Part shown: in pieces, positions 40,962 through 54,277 of the stretch | How positions within the stretch are numbered: the first letter of the stretch is position 1 | Layout: the number at the start of each line of letters is the position of its first letter | NCBI GenBank assembly: GCA_032718475.1 | Contig: JAUCBJ010006247.1 | Location: 23,945 to 87,944 of the forward strand | DNA length: 64,000 nt | Direction of reading: 5' to 3' | Origin: Nemertoderma westbladi | Taxonomy: Eukaryota; Animalia; Xenacoelomorpha | Notes under the pieces: generated by a model | Seen by the model: only the letters and a program-made list of their open reading frames with translations | Databases searched by the model: none | What the model was told of the DNA's origin: nothing | Position numbers and translations under genes: made by a program

Positions 40962-41762
40962 TCCGGACACGAGTACCCGTACACGAGTTGACTGGACACG
41001 AGTACCTGGACTCGCGTTGACTGGACACGAGTACCTGGACTCGCGTTGACTGGACACGAGTACCTGGACTCGAGTTGACTGGACACGAGTACCTGGACTC
41101 GAGTTGACTGGACACGAGTACCTGGACTCGAGTTGACTGGACACGAGTACCTGGACTCGAGTTGACTGGACACGAGTGAGTACCTGGACTCGAGTTGACT
41201 GGATACGAGTACCTGGACTCGCGTTGACTGGACACGAGTACCTGGACTCGAGTTGACTGGACACGAGTACCTGGACTCGAGTTGACTGGACACGAGTACC
41301 TGGACTCGAGTTGACTGGACACGAGTACCTGGACTCGAGTTGACTGGACACGAGTACCTGGACTCGAGTTGACTGGACACGAGTACCTGGACTCGAGTTG
41401 ACTGGACACGAGTACCTGGACTCGAGTTGACTGGACACGAGTACCTGGACTCGAGTTGACTGGACACGAGTACTTGGACTCGAGTTGACTGGACACGAGT
41501 ACCTGGACTCGAGTTGACTGGACACGAGTACCTTGACTCGAGTTGACCGGCACGAGTACCTGGACTCGAGTGGACTGGACACGAGTACCTGGAACTCGAG
41601 TTGACTGGACACGAGTACCTTGACTCGAGTTGACTGGACACGAGTACCTGGAACTCGAGTTAACTGGACACGAGTACCTGGACTCGAGTTGACTGGACAC
41701 CAGATATCCGGATTCTGAGTTATCCTGACACGACCTGTCCGGCGACGAGTTGTCCGGAAACG
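40962..41762 (+). repeat. 29-bp tandem array GACTGGACACGAGTACCTGGACTCGAGTT (two ~14/15-bp subunits), probably an expanded Foldback-type arm
   Basis: About 25 units, decaying into related subrepeats ending GTTGTCCGGAAACG. Preceded by the shared CTGCTCCTTTCCCTT core. Confidence 0.9.
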
Positions 41763-41814
41763 ATCAGACAGGTCCGGACAGGTACTAATTCGTTGATTGA
41801 TTTGGTTTGATTCA

Positions 41815-42365
41815 GTATACCATACTTCCTGCTGTTATATTTCACTTTGCAGTTTACTCCCATGTGAACAATACCATATTCTCACTAATAACCCCGGTTA
41901 CAGAAGGGCTGAATCTTACCAAAATAATAAACAAATTAGTATATCTAAGGTTAAAGATAGAAATAAGCGCTTTAATACAGTTAATATGGAGAAATTAAAA
42001 AAAATACAAATTCTTCATTTATAAAATTCCAGTAAAAAAGTTGACCGAAAACTTAAAAACGCCCATGTGAAAAATACCAGGTCACTTTTCGGTCGACTTT
42101 TTATTGGAATTTTATATATGAAGATTTTTTATTTTTTTTCAATTTATCTTTATTAAGTGTTTTATAGCGCTAATTTCTGTCTTATAACCTGTACATATAC
42201 TAATTCGTCTATTGTTTTGGTTAGATTCAGCCCTTCTGTAACCTGTGTTTTGGGTGAAAACCTGGTATTCTTCACACGGGGGTAACTGCAAAGTGAAATT
42301 TAACGGCAGAAAGTCTGGTGTTCTTCACATGGGCCGTGAAAAACTTAGTATTTTTCACATGGGCT
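41815..42365. mobile_element. Diverged GCCCATGTGAAG MITE (+) with a younger copy (42060-42336, -) inserted into its tail
   Basis: The tail of the old copy resumes after 42336 (TGAAAAACTTAGTATTTTTCACATGGGC). Confidence 0.8.
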
Positions 42366-42769
42366 AATAACTAAATATAGTGAAGTTAGTTTTTATCTGT
42401 GGTGTGTGCTTTGTAATTGTTATAATTGTTATTGCTACATAGACGACATTAGTTTTACTCAGCATATCATAAAGTATGACTTGACTATACCATCAATAAT
42501 ACGCATTTATATTATTCATCCATGGCTATATGACGACGATTATTTTATGTTCTTTGTTGAGTTGCTAAGCTGCAAGGAATGAAGTTACTCCCTCTTTCCA
42601 ACCTAGTCATCACCACCCCCCTACTTTTCAGCCTTCCCTGGCATTCACTGTTGCCTTGGTAGAACTTATTATTATTCCATTCAGTAAGTCTTGCTCCCCC
42701 CCCCCCCCCCCCCCCCCCACACATAGTTCCTATATACCACAGTATTGTGTAGACGCGTAGATAGTTAGT

Positions 42770-43109
42770 CCCGCTCCAAATTGCTCCGCTTGCTACACAA
42801 CGCGCAGCTCTGTTCGATAAGATTGCGGTCTCGTTAGAGCTACCTATTGCGGGCCGCGAGCCAATCAGAAACGTTGCATCTGGCGTTCTCCCACTCCGTT
42901 AGCAGTGGGTATGGGGGTAAGCAGTCCCAACCCCAGTGCGTTTGCTTCTGTGAATTTAATTTAATTGCAAGTGGTCAAGGAAGCCCGCAGCGCATAGCAA
43001 AAGCCCTTTGCTTCTTATCCTATATATTTTATACTTGATTAATATTGCTTTTGTTTTGTGTACAATTTCTTATCTTTGTAATATTTGCGTTTTGTTTGGA
43101 AATAACAGG
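42770..43109 (+). promoter_or_regulatory. Candidate promoter and non-coding first exon for an E-protein isoform
   Basis: Locally GC/CpG-richer unique DNA, a GCCAATCAG CCAAT box at ~42860 and a strong donor CAG|GTGAGT at 43110. Confidence 0.35.
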
Positions 43110-44860
43110 TGAGTTTTTCGAGGGTGCTTACACATAAAGGCGGGGAGGTCTTTAGAGGACACCCGCTCGTCACCCACCCATCATGGGAAGGGCGACACAT
43201 GTTCAATGTGCGTGTATCACTGGTTGAGTGGAGCAGGTGCAGGTTTTAGACATGCTTATTGACCAGTATTGCCTAGCAAGTGTTTGACATTTGTGCACAC
43301 CGCATCGCATATCCGCAACACAATACACAATGCTTCCCGCAATGTATTGTGCGAACAGATTGCCTCACATCTGGTACAATACTTGTATCTTGTCTTGCTC
43401 ATTTGCTGGTGTTGAATCGGATATCACACCAGTTGAAATCGAGCTGATGCGAACATATGTTGTATTTCTATCACCAACAACTTCTGAGATTATTCGTTTA
43501 GTTTCTTTGCGGACTTGTTGCCGGCAATTCCAATTTATAATAGAAGTTAAACTGGATCATCCGATGACCAATTCGAAAGAACTTTATAGAGATAATTAAT
43601 TTTTATGGTATATTTAATTTATGTTGGTATACGTCTGAAATAATTACCTGCGTAGTTCCACCGTCATGTAGCGCTATCATCGTTGCCCTAGCGAACGCCT
43701 AGGTGGGATTTGCATAGGGCATAGGTCCCCATTCAGTCGGTGTCCTCCCTCGGGTATGATAACGATTGGCCTACCCCAGCACAAAACCTTTTACTCCATG
43801 CTCCATATATATCGTTTTTTCTTCGCGATCCTGGGTGGGCTCAGGTGCTTGTATGTGAAATTATCATTTCCTGCAGTGACGGTAATTGATACTCCATACG
43901 AATAAAGGCGGCGGGCGGGCCCAAATTTATTAGCGCCTTAGTCGCAAACTTGGGTGAGTAAGTTGCTTCCCATGCTTCGCTTACTGAACAATTCCAAACT
44001 ATTCCACGCCGTGTGTGTGGGGCTTATACTGCACAACGCACCATAGAATAGCTGAAGCTACATTGTCTTGATAAGAAAACATAATTTTGTTGCGCTATTT
44101 AAATTTATCGACAGCGATCTGGTGAAATTCTCGTAATGTTGCAATTTAATCAATCACTTAGAAACTAGACTTCTGGAACAAACCTTGAGAATCGCTTATC
44201 CATTGTTCTAGCGACTATCGTCGGTCATATTGTTTACACTACAGTTCTGTTGTTGTTGTAGTAACTTCATTTAATTGTTAAGTTCAAGTTCATCAACATT
44301 CATAAACATTATAATATATTGAAGCGTACAGAACGCGGATAAGTTGACATTATGGCAAAATCTACGAAATACCAGGTGCTTACAAGCAAAAATTAATTTG
44401 TGCAAAGTGCTCTTGACTCTCGTTTATTGTTTTGGTTAGAATAGAATGTCGCTGTGACCTTCTCGTTCTCCTTATTATAACATGTTAATTAGACGAGATT
44501 TGACTTCGTCAACACCCCCCCCCCCCCCCCCCACCCCCTTCTCATATTACTCATTGCGAAATGCAGGTACATTTCCAGGTTCAATGTTTGTACTTTATTA
44601 TAAAATGTACTGCAGAAACAAACGTTCGTAAACGAACTTGTTTTGGGGTTGTGAAATTTTTTTTTTTTCAGATGTTAATGTTTTGGACTTTTGGTATTAT
44701 TTTTATAAATTATGTACTAAATATATAATATGTATAAATAATATACTAATTATGTTGGTTTTTTGTAATTTCCAGGTGTCTTTTGAGGATAACTCTTGAG
44801 TTTTGGCTTCCCTTATGCATTACCTCTACCACTATATTCTTTTAGAATTCTGGAACAGCG

Positions 44861-44924
44861 ATGTTAAGCTACTCTTACCAAAGTCCCCACTCCCCCATGC
44901 CATTGACGACGTCTCCCGAATTTT
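44861..44924 (+). CDS. Candidate alternative N-terminal exon of the E-protein (MLSYSYQSPHSPMPLTTSPEF)
   Basis: Acceptor ttttag at 44845, donor GTAAGT at 44925. Phase 1 fits 45161-45189. Confidence 0.4.
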
Positions 44925-45080
44925 GTAAGTAAACGGACAAAATATCATTTTATGAGATAATATGTTACCTGTAATTATTGTTGATAAAGAATTATATTAA
45001 ATAGTCGGCTGACCCCAGGCAACGTATGCCCAACAACTAGGGGTTGTTATTTCTATTATTGGTTTATTTACGCAACTTTT

Positions 45081-45118
<38 letters not shown>

Positions 45119-45160
45119 ACCCCCCCTCCTCCGTAATTATGAATTTGAATTGTATTTCAG

Positions 45161-45189
45161 GTGGTGATTTCCAAGTTGTCAAGATGGAG
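45161..45189 (+). CDS. Candidate 29-nt micro-exon of the E-protein (CGDFQVVKME)
   Basis: Acceptor tatttcag, donor GTTAGT. Phase 1 in and phase 0 out, in frame with exon 57849. Confidence 0.35.
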
Positions 45190-45646
45190 GTTAGTGCTAT
45201 CTACAATGTTTCTATAGTGAATATTATGTTTTTGTTTTCATCTTTAGTCTTAAACTTAAATGTAGTGTACTGTGTGGAAAGTTAGCCCTCCTGGTGCTGC
45301 TGATCTTCTGTGCGGATATACAATTTCGTATATATTATAATAATGAAGTTAATTTGATAATAATCTCTTACAATTTTGTAATTTACATATTATCAATGTA
45401 TGACAAAATGTCTTGATTGCCTTTTTGATTATTCAGTACCAAACCGTAGGTATTTCAGATAGAGAGAGAAGGGGGGGGGGGGGGGGGGGGGGCTGGGCGC
45501 AATCAAAATCAAGGGGAAAATTAACGCAAACAGCTATGTTTATACTCTCATACATAAACTGTAACCTGCAACCTGCTCCTTTCCCTTAATTGATTATTAA
45601 TTAATTTGACGATATATGTGGGGTCGTTCATAAAGGGCGTCCGAGA

Positions 45647-46871
45647 AAATCTCGGATTTATGGACCCCACTATATGGGTGGACCGGATATCTTTGTTTTT
45701 GTTTAGTTACAGCTGGAATCTCGGATTTATGGACCCCACTATATGGGTGGACCGGATATCTTTGTTTTTGTTTAGTTACAGCTGGAATCTCGGATTTATG
45801 GACCCCACTATATGGGTGGACCGGATATCTTTGTTTTTGTTTAGTTACAGCTGGAATCTCGGATTTATGGACCCCACTATATGGGTGGACCGGATATCTT
45901 TGTTTTTGTTTAGTTACAGCTGGAATCTCGGATTTATGGACCCCACTATATGGGTGGACCGGATATCTTTGTTTTTGTTTAGTTACAGCTGGAATCTCGG
46001 ATTTATGGACCCCACTATATGGGTGGACCGGATATCTTTGTTTTTGTTTAGTTACAGCTGGAATCTCGGATTTATGGACCCCACTATATGGGTGGACCGG
46101 ATATCTTTGTTTTTGTTTAGTTACAGCTGGAATCTCGGATTTATGGACCCCACTATATGGGTGGACCGGATATCTTTGTTTTTGTTTAGTTACAGCTGGA
46201 ATCTCGGATTTATGGACCCCACTATATGGGTGGACCGGATATCTTTGTTTTTGTTTAGTTACAGCTGGAATCTCGGATTTATGGACCCCACTATATGGGT
46301 GGACCGGATATCTTTGTTTTTGTTTAGTTACATATGTTTGTTTTTGTTTAGTTACAGCTGGAATCTCGGATTTATGGACCCCACTATATGGGTGGACCGG
46401 ATATCTTTGTTTTTGTTTAGTTACATATGTTTGTTTTTGTTTAGTTACAGCTGGAATCTCGGATTTATGGACCCCACTATATGGGTGGACCGGATATCTT
46501 TGTTTTTGTTTAGTTACAGCTGGAATCTCGGATTTATGGACCCCACTATATGGGTGGACCGGATATCTTTGTTTTTGTTTAGTTACAGCTGGAATCTCGG
46601 ATTTATGGACCCCACTATATGGGTGGACCGGATATCTTTGTTTTTGTTTAGTTACAGCTGGAATCTCGGATTTATGGACCCCACTATATGGGTGGACCGG
46701 ATATCTTTGTTTTTGTTTAGTTACAGCTGGAATCTCGGATTTATGGACCCCACTATATGGGTGGACCGGATATCTTTGTTTTTGTTTAGTTACAGCTGGA
46801 ATCTCGGATTTATGGACCCCGCTATATGGGTGGACCGGATATCTTTGTTTTTGTTTAGTTACAGCTGGAAT
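45647..46871 (+). repeat. 69-bp tandem satellite, ~17 near-identical copies
   Basis: Unit AATCTCGGATTTATGGACCCCACTATATGGGTGGACCGGATATCTTTGTTTTTGTTTAGTTACAGCTGG. Two adjacent units carry a 24-bp internal duplication. Confidence 0.97.
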
Positions 46872-48619
46872 CATAATTGGTTTAATGTATAATTTAGACA
46901 ATGTAATACATTTTAACTTTGATAATTTGGAATTTAAATGGACAGCGGAAATGGTATTAAAAATAGAACAATATTATACAATTTATTTAGTAATAATAAT
47001 AATATATTTAAATTGATTGCATGTCTGTATTGATATAGAATGATTTTAGAAACATATTTTATTCGAAAATTGAATTATTATGTAACGGAAAACATGATGT
47101 ACAAAATGTATAACTTTATACGGCGGGTGAGATTCCAGCAGCGTCCATCGGACACAACGGACACTATAAGTTAGGTCCGTTACCTACTGGTACATATACC
47201 ACTTACTATGTATGTTTATATATCATGAATCATATAGTACAGAAGTATGTAATAATACCATGGTTCTACTTAAATAGACGCTATTCCAATAGCGTCGTCT
47301 ACCAGTATTTATGTTCTTCCGTTATTTCCCGTTATAACACAAATTACCGTTGCCAATATTAAAACATTAGTATAAGTAAATTAGCAAAATTACATTCATA
47401 AAGTCTTTGGGCTCACACTATCGAAGTGAAGAAAGCTTTCCTGGTTGTCTATTATAGTACTCCTATCTTCCCGTTGTCCATCGGTCCATTTATATTGGTT
47501 GTCCCGTGTCCGTTATTGCTGTTATCCTGTGGCCCTCAATGCTATGCTGTCAACAAATTTATTTTGCAAATATCCATAAATGCCGCGTTCTAATAATTAA
47601 TAATGCATTATATAGCATAATTAAATATAAACCGACTATTATTAAGTAATATTAATGGTCTATCTGGCTTGGACTACACTAATGACTGATGCTTTGTACA
47701 TGGGCCACCTGTTGTCCTCTGAAGAACACAGCCAATTGTTTATTCATTTTGTAGTGCTTGTTGATTAGTATGCAGTTACGGTCGTTGGCTTATTAAACAT
47801 ACAATATTGCCGTTATTATTTAGCGTCATAAAAAACCCTTTACAGTAAAGTAAAGAAACATCACCTTAGCAATCAATAGTCGCACAAACTCTTCTATTTA
47901 TTGTATTTTTGTTATTTACTTTCTTTGAATTCAGTTTCTATTTATCGCAACAAATCTTTGAAATCATCAAATATATTTCAAATTAATCAATAATTTTAAT
48001 ACATTTTCGCCCCAAACAGAATTCCGTTTATTAATTGCCTAAATACATTTTTATCTGAAAAATTCTCTTTCACTTAGTTAAATTTTTATAAAATCGGTGA
48101 AATAAATTAATACTTGCTTTCAGTAGTTGCTACGGAAACAAGTGAAGGAAAGTGTTTCACTTATTGTACGAGTACGACACCCGTGTTTCTCTTACAAGTT
48201 GATAGGACATAAATTCGTTAGATTTACAATTTATTTATTTATTTATTTTTAAAGTTTTTATGTAATTAGTTTAATTTAAATGTAAAAATAATCATTTGAT
48301 AAAGATGATTACCATAATTAATAAATTATTATCAATCACTACAGAAATATTTAATAAAAATAACAAATTATTCAATGCCTGCTATGGTGCACGCCATGCT
48401 CAATAATCATAAATAAATTACCCAATCGAATTGATGAAATATTCCAACAATTTAATTGTCCTTTTATTTTACTTTGGAGCGCGAGTCTCTTCAGCAGGAA
48501 GAATCTGCGTCTGTTAGTACTGCATTGTTTAGTTGATAACTAAATAATATGATTTATTGCGTGGCAATTTTTATCGTTAAAGCGGACCTTTTGTGTTTTA
48601 GGTTCGGGGTAGTACATGC

Positions 48620-48916
48620 GGTTGGGTGCAATCTTCGCCCGCGTACAACCTTCGCCCAATAAGATTTGTTTTAGTAACCATTTTAGTAACAAATTGAGGG
48701 AAAGGAGCAGATTACAGAGACGGCTTTTTCTAACCAAAATTATAGACGATGTTGTTACCAATTGAGGGAAAGGACCAGGTTACAGAGACGGCTTTTTCTA
48801 ACCAAAACAAGAATTGTTTATTGGGCGAAGATTGCCCGCGGGCGAAGGTTTCCGCCGGGCGATAGTTGCTCGTTTTGAGGGCGAAGATTGGACGCGGGCG
48901 AAGTTTGCTGCGTACC
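48620..48916. mobile_element. Small Foldback-like MITE (CTTCGCCC / GGGCGAAG subrepeat arms around a duplicated core)
   Basis: Termini GGTT...TACC, TSD GTACATG(C/G). The core AATTGAGGGAAAGGA..TTACAGAGACGGCTTTTTCTAACCAAAA occurs twice. Confidence 0.7.
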
Positions 48917-51801
48917 GTACATGGCCATATAAACTAACACTACACCCTTTATACAGTATAATAAGTAGCTGCTATAGCCGTCCCGTCAGGTACCTGGTGG
49001 TAATATTAGGTTATATAAGGTTTTACTTGTAGATATCCAATTCCTGTATTATCTTTACGGTGTGACCTAACAATGGCCAGGTCACGTGGCCATAACGTAA
49101 AGGCCTAATACACGCGCTCACACCGGGTGCAACCAAACCAAATGCCATATAGACGAACGTTGTTGCACCCTAACTAATCTTCAAGGCATATTGTATAGTC
49201 AACACAACACGAACCTAGCCCCTCGCTCATTGTTGATAGAGTACTTGAGTGGCTCCCTCTCGGTTTAATAAAACCGGACGAGAGCTTTCACTGGAAATGT
49301 TTCCGGACGCCGCAGCATAATTACAGTTCGTCGTTGCGGCCTCCGGAAAGGCTAAGCAACCTGTATTCGCTATAAAATCGTCTCTGGTATGCAGGCTGCC
49401 CTCAATGTAACTGTATCGCATCCGCATACCTTAGCGCAGCTAATCCCCCCAGTCAGCTACTTCGGTTTTTCAAGAACCATGTCGCCTTTGATTACAATAT
49501 CATTAAGTTTGTTTTGTGTTGTTAATTTTAATGGTAATTGTTTTATTCTGCACTCTCACTTACTCACCATTTTGCACACTCCGACACCGCTTTGCAGACA
49601 CACACTACGATATACACTTTCGATTGTAGGCTTTATCATATTGTGCGTAAAGGGTTTAGTATTTTTTTTTATAACATTTCGATCCCTCGCGGGGCAGCTG
49701 GTGGAACTTTTATTGTTTAAACTAAATTAATATGAATTTATAATTAAAGTAAAAATAAAAAAATATTAATTTTAATAAACAGCGTACGAGTAAAATAATA
49801 GTCCAATAATAGTATATCAGAAAAAGTTAGTTTATTTTATAGTTAAGTTATTTTATTTTGCGAGTTCGGAGAGAGCGAAGGAGCGGAAGGAACAAGATAA
49901 AACGTGTGGTACTTTGGGTTTAGTAAAGGGTTTAGTATTTAGATGTTGTGTGAACAATATGTTTTTGTTCAATATTTTTTGAGTAATCACTGGGAGTATG
50001 TGTGAGGCGGCGAATACTTCTGTTACTTTGTTGTTACATTTCATTGTTACATTTCATTGATAAGTTGATACGATTAGGTGAGTGTGAGTTATTGTACTTA
50101 AAGTTTGGTTAGTTGGTTTGAATGAATAACTACGGAAAAGTTGATATTTAATTACAATTTCCTACAGAAGTTATATATTTTTGAGTTAGTTTTTTAGTTT
50201 GTTTGAGTTATGTTTGAGTAGCATCTCATCTAGCACAGCCACCAGACAGCGGAAACTATAACCTGTTCTATTGACTTTAGTTTATTGTTTTGGTTAAAAT
50301 AACGTGCCACTGTAACCTGCTCCTTTCCCTTAATTGATAATTTTGGAATCCGGATCCGGATCCGCGTTTTACACCTACCCTACTGTAAGTGCTATAAAGG
50401 CGGATTGGTGTTTGGTGTACATATATTGAACAACAACATATGAACGGAAACTCCTCCATACACTCATTAGTATCATCATTAACCATGTGTACACCTAACA
50501 TAAGAACACTGCCATCGACGCTACTAATTCCATGCAAAGCCTTTTGAAATCGGTTAAAAATGTTGTTGTATTGGACCTACAGGGTCGTGGCGTAATGCCC
50601 CCCTCTGTGGGCCACTCAAATACAAATATATAGAGCGAGTGAGATAGAGTGGAGATTGTCCGGGGGTTGTAAGTCCATTCCTTACAGCTTAGACGATGGC
50701 ATAACGCTTAGGCTACTACAACATACCACACCAGCCCCATGCTGCACTATCCCCCCCAACCCCTTGCTGCCAGCTATTGCTTGACCCCGTGGCCAGTGCT
50801 TCAACAAAGTTGCTTACCAATACAGCCGTCCCTGCCTTCTCCTCACTCGGCATCTGACCAATCAGAGCGTCCCTATACCATCACACTTACGCACTCCCCG
50901 TAGCTTGATCCCTTCTCTCTTATTTTCGGTACAGCGTTCCTTCATGGCTTATATAACCCATTACCGCCTGCTTAGTACATAGTAGCTGGCTAATGTTTGA
51001 CAAGCTTTCCATTCTGCAAGGCTATATCTATCAGATACTATTTCTTTCACCGACTTTGTGTGTTTTATTTCCATAGCCTTCCTACCATATAAGTCTTTAT
51101 AGCTATTAATAATATAGTAGTCACCTCGTTGTATATTGATAGATCGTTTATCATTCATTGCTCTACTGTAAAGTTCTGCTCCAAGAATCGATAGTTATTT
51201 AGACAAAGTTTTAGAAGCAGTAGTTATTGCGATACAAAATTATTTATCATTACTTCATATTTATTATTTTTATATAATTAAACTATTCAATTATTGTTAT
51301 TGACTAATGTAGAGTACAGACATTAGACAATATAATATTTTTTTTAGTTATAATATTTTTATCATGGATATCCATCCTTATTTTAATGTTCCCAAATAAA
51401 AGTAAATCGCCCATTTTAAATTCATAATTTTTAGGAAATTTTATATATCTTTATATTTCGAATAATACAGTATATAGTTCACCTTGTAACTTTGTACAGT
51501 TGTGGATTTTTTATTGTTTTGGTTATATGTCGCCTTCTTTCACAAAGTTAAATCACGGTTTTCTCAATCACACGATTGAATGAATTATTTACAAGTTTAA
51601 TCATCTTATTAACTACATGTTAACTATAGTATATTAAATAGTGTTTTGTATCTTGTGTATTCATATTTAATCATTCACCTGTCATTAATTCATACTTATT
51701 AAATGGTTGAAAACAAATAGACGTTAAAAATACTATAACTTGGTAATTGTACCTGGAGTTCACTTAATCGCCTTCATTGTCATTTTGTGGCCCATTCGCC
51801 C

Positions 51802-51927
51802 ATGTCTCGTATGGTGAACAACAATAATAACAACAACATCCTCCAATCCGCCATGTATTGCCTGGAGCAACCTGTTGTTTATGCGAAACAAGAGTTTCCA
51901 GATGTGGCTGCTGGCTATCCCCATATG
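51802..51927 (+). CDS. Candidate alternative first coding exon of the E-protein (MSRMVNNNNNNNILQSAMYCLEQPVVYAKQEFPDVAAGYPHM)
   Basis: 42 open codons from ATG to a perfect donor ATG|GTGAGT, phase 0, in frame with exon 57849. Confidence 0.55.
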
Positions 51928-52039
51928 GTGAGTAACCATGGAGATGGTGATTTTGGTTGACTTTTGTTGTTCTGCTCTAGTCCGCCCATTATGTCCCTAA
52001 AAGTTACAAATAATACGTATGAACTAGCAAATGTTGAAC

Positions 52040-52210
52040 TCCGATGTGAAAAATACCAGGTTTTCACTTTTCGGTCAACATCCCTTATTGCGTGTTTTAC
52101 AGCACTTATATTTCTATCTTTACAGATACTAATTCGTTATTGTTTTGGTTTGGTTTAAATTCTTTTATGTAAAACGATTTTTTGTAAAATCTTGGCATTC
52201 TTCACATGGG
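52040..52210 (-). mobile_element. Internally deleted, diverged GCCCATGTGAAG MITE copy
   Basis: ATGTGAAAAATACCAGGTTTTCACTTTTCGGTC ... ATTCTTCACATGGG. Confidence 0.65.
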
Positions 52211-54277
52211 TCTATCTTTAAATAAATAAAAACAATTCTGAGTTGAATTGATCATGTAACTGTAGTAAATGATTATATTAGTAGGGATTTTGTTTAAAAG
52301 TGAACAAAATGTGGATGTGGAAGGACATCGCCTGGGGTTGAACCAACGCTATAGGGTACAGTTTTGGAACTCAGTAGTTCGTTATGAAGTTCAGCCACTA
52401 TTATAGCTTTAGATTAACCGTAAGCAGGTTTCTCTAATAGCGAATGTTACATTTAACCCTGATCCAAGCACTTTTATATCATCTTATTGGACAAGTAGTT
52501 GATACGAGGACTTAGGATATACGTTACTAGTATACACCGAAAACCTTTATATTCGGGGTTTTGCGATCAAACCAATACCAGACCGGTTTATTGCTGTCGG
52601 AAGCTGATGTGACCGATAGTTCCAGAGGAGGTCGAACTTTCGTCTCCCACAATCGGTCGGCTCTCACAGAACGTCGGCTATTGTTGAAGATCGCCACTTA
52701 CCGTTTCAGTGACTCCTAATTGTACTGCCCGATGTGTTCACAAATCCTTCTTCTGTACACGAACACAATACAAGCTCAAGATCAATTAATTCGTTATTGA
52801 AATAGTCTTGAGTGAGTACACTGTCAGAACTCTAAGGATGACGACGACATTGAATTGAAAGTAAAACAGTATGTATGAAAATAATTTACATTGCGATATT
52901 TGATTTTCTTTACTTTGATTATGTTTTTATGGTTTTAAAGTAACAACTATTATTATTTTTTTTTACATTTTGAAAAATTACTTCTCCATGACAGGACATA
53001 GCGTGTTGTAATCAAGGCGGTTGTAATATATAACATATTATAGTAACATACATTTCCTGCAATTCTTTACAGTCACTACTATGAATTATTATTATAGGAG
53101 AGAATGGGAAAGCATTGTGTTCCCATGCAACCGTTATAAACAATTCATAATTCATTGCAGTTATAGTACTAAAATGTATCTATTGATCTACTTCTATCTG
53201 GTTAGCTTGCTTGCTCGATTGAACTAAACCAAACTGATTCCCAATCGAAGCTAAGTGCATAAAATTCCAAAAGTAAAGTCAAATTTAACCACAGCAATCA
53301 ATTTGCATTCGTAAAAATAGTAAATTGCTTAAAGATAATATGACGCTTTCCTGGAGAGGGCCAGCACGTGTGGAAAAACATCTGTTACCACGACAAATTA
53401 ATAATATTGGGTCCTGCAAGGCCTAGCGTGGTGCATGGGAAAACCCCCCTATTGTGTGACCAATGCTGCACGTCCAATTCGACCCATGTTAAATAAAAAA
53501 TTGTAGTATTCGATCCCAAATTTGTTGGTATTTGTTTCCCCATGCAAACAGGCATCTCGCCATACAAATAATTTTATCATCGGTTCATCGGTTGGGTATT
53601 AACTGTAATGGTTTAAACGTTTGTCCCAATAAAGGCATAGTAATTGGCCGTAATCATCGCCATTGTGTTTAATGGATATTTTACGTAATTTATTTTTTTG
53701 TGTTAACATACGCCGTTTATTTAATTGCTATCAATTAAGTAGCATTAAGTTAAGATAGATAAGAAAACGCAATAAGTAATAGATGCGTAACGGCTTTGTA
53801 GTTTAATCTATGTAGCTAGTGTGCTGTATCCTGTATACGCCGTATTTAATCGTATACTTTACACTGTTTCATGTTCTTTTATGGTTGTCTATGTCATGTT
53901 GCCCATGTCGCCAATTATTCTTATAACCGGATTTCCAATTTCGCCCAACCTTAGTTCAACGCGTGGTATTCATATTACTAATGTTTTATGAATTTAAAAA
54001 ATGAATGTCCTGGATGTTCCTTTGTTACGGCTATTAAATTAAAATTCCTAATAATTATATCGCTCAATCGATCCTGACAGTTTTAGCTACTCGAAACCGC
54101 CACTTTCACGATACTCGATTGGATGATAAAATGACTTATCTAATTTTCACCGGAACTTTTACAAAAACTGATACTACCGTTTCTTACACTACCAACATTC
54201 TGATTTGGTAAATAGATCTGTGTCGTTGTCATTACCGGTAGCGACACAATGGTTGATCTGTGACCCGCACACAACTA

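Noticed and set aside
40930-46901. ORFs of 220-434 aa over the 29-bp and 69-bp arrays
   Set aside because: Perfect nucleotide repeats open on both strands or in all frames, with no synonymous divergence and no splice context.
50940-51420. Possible old CR1 3' fragment on the minus strand
   Set aside because: Only faint motif similarity (RGD..., W..L); too degraded to support.
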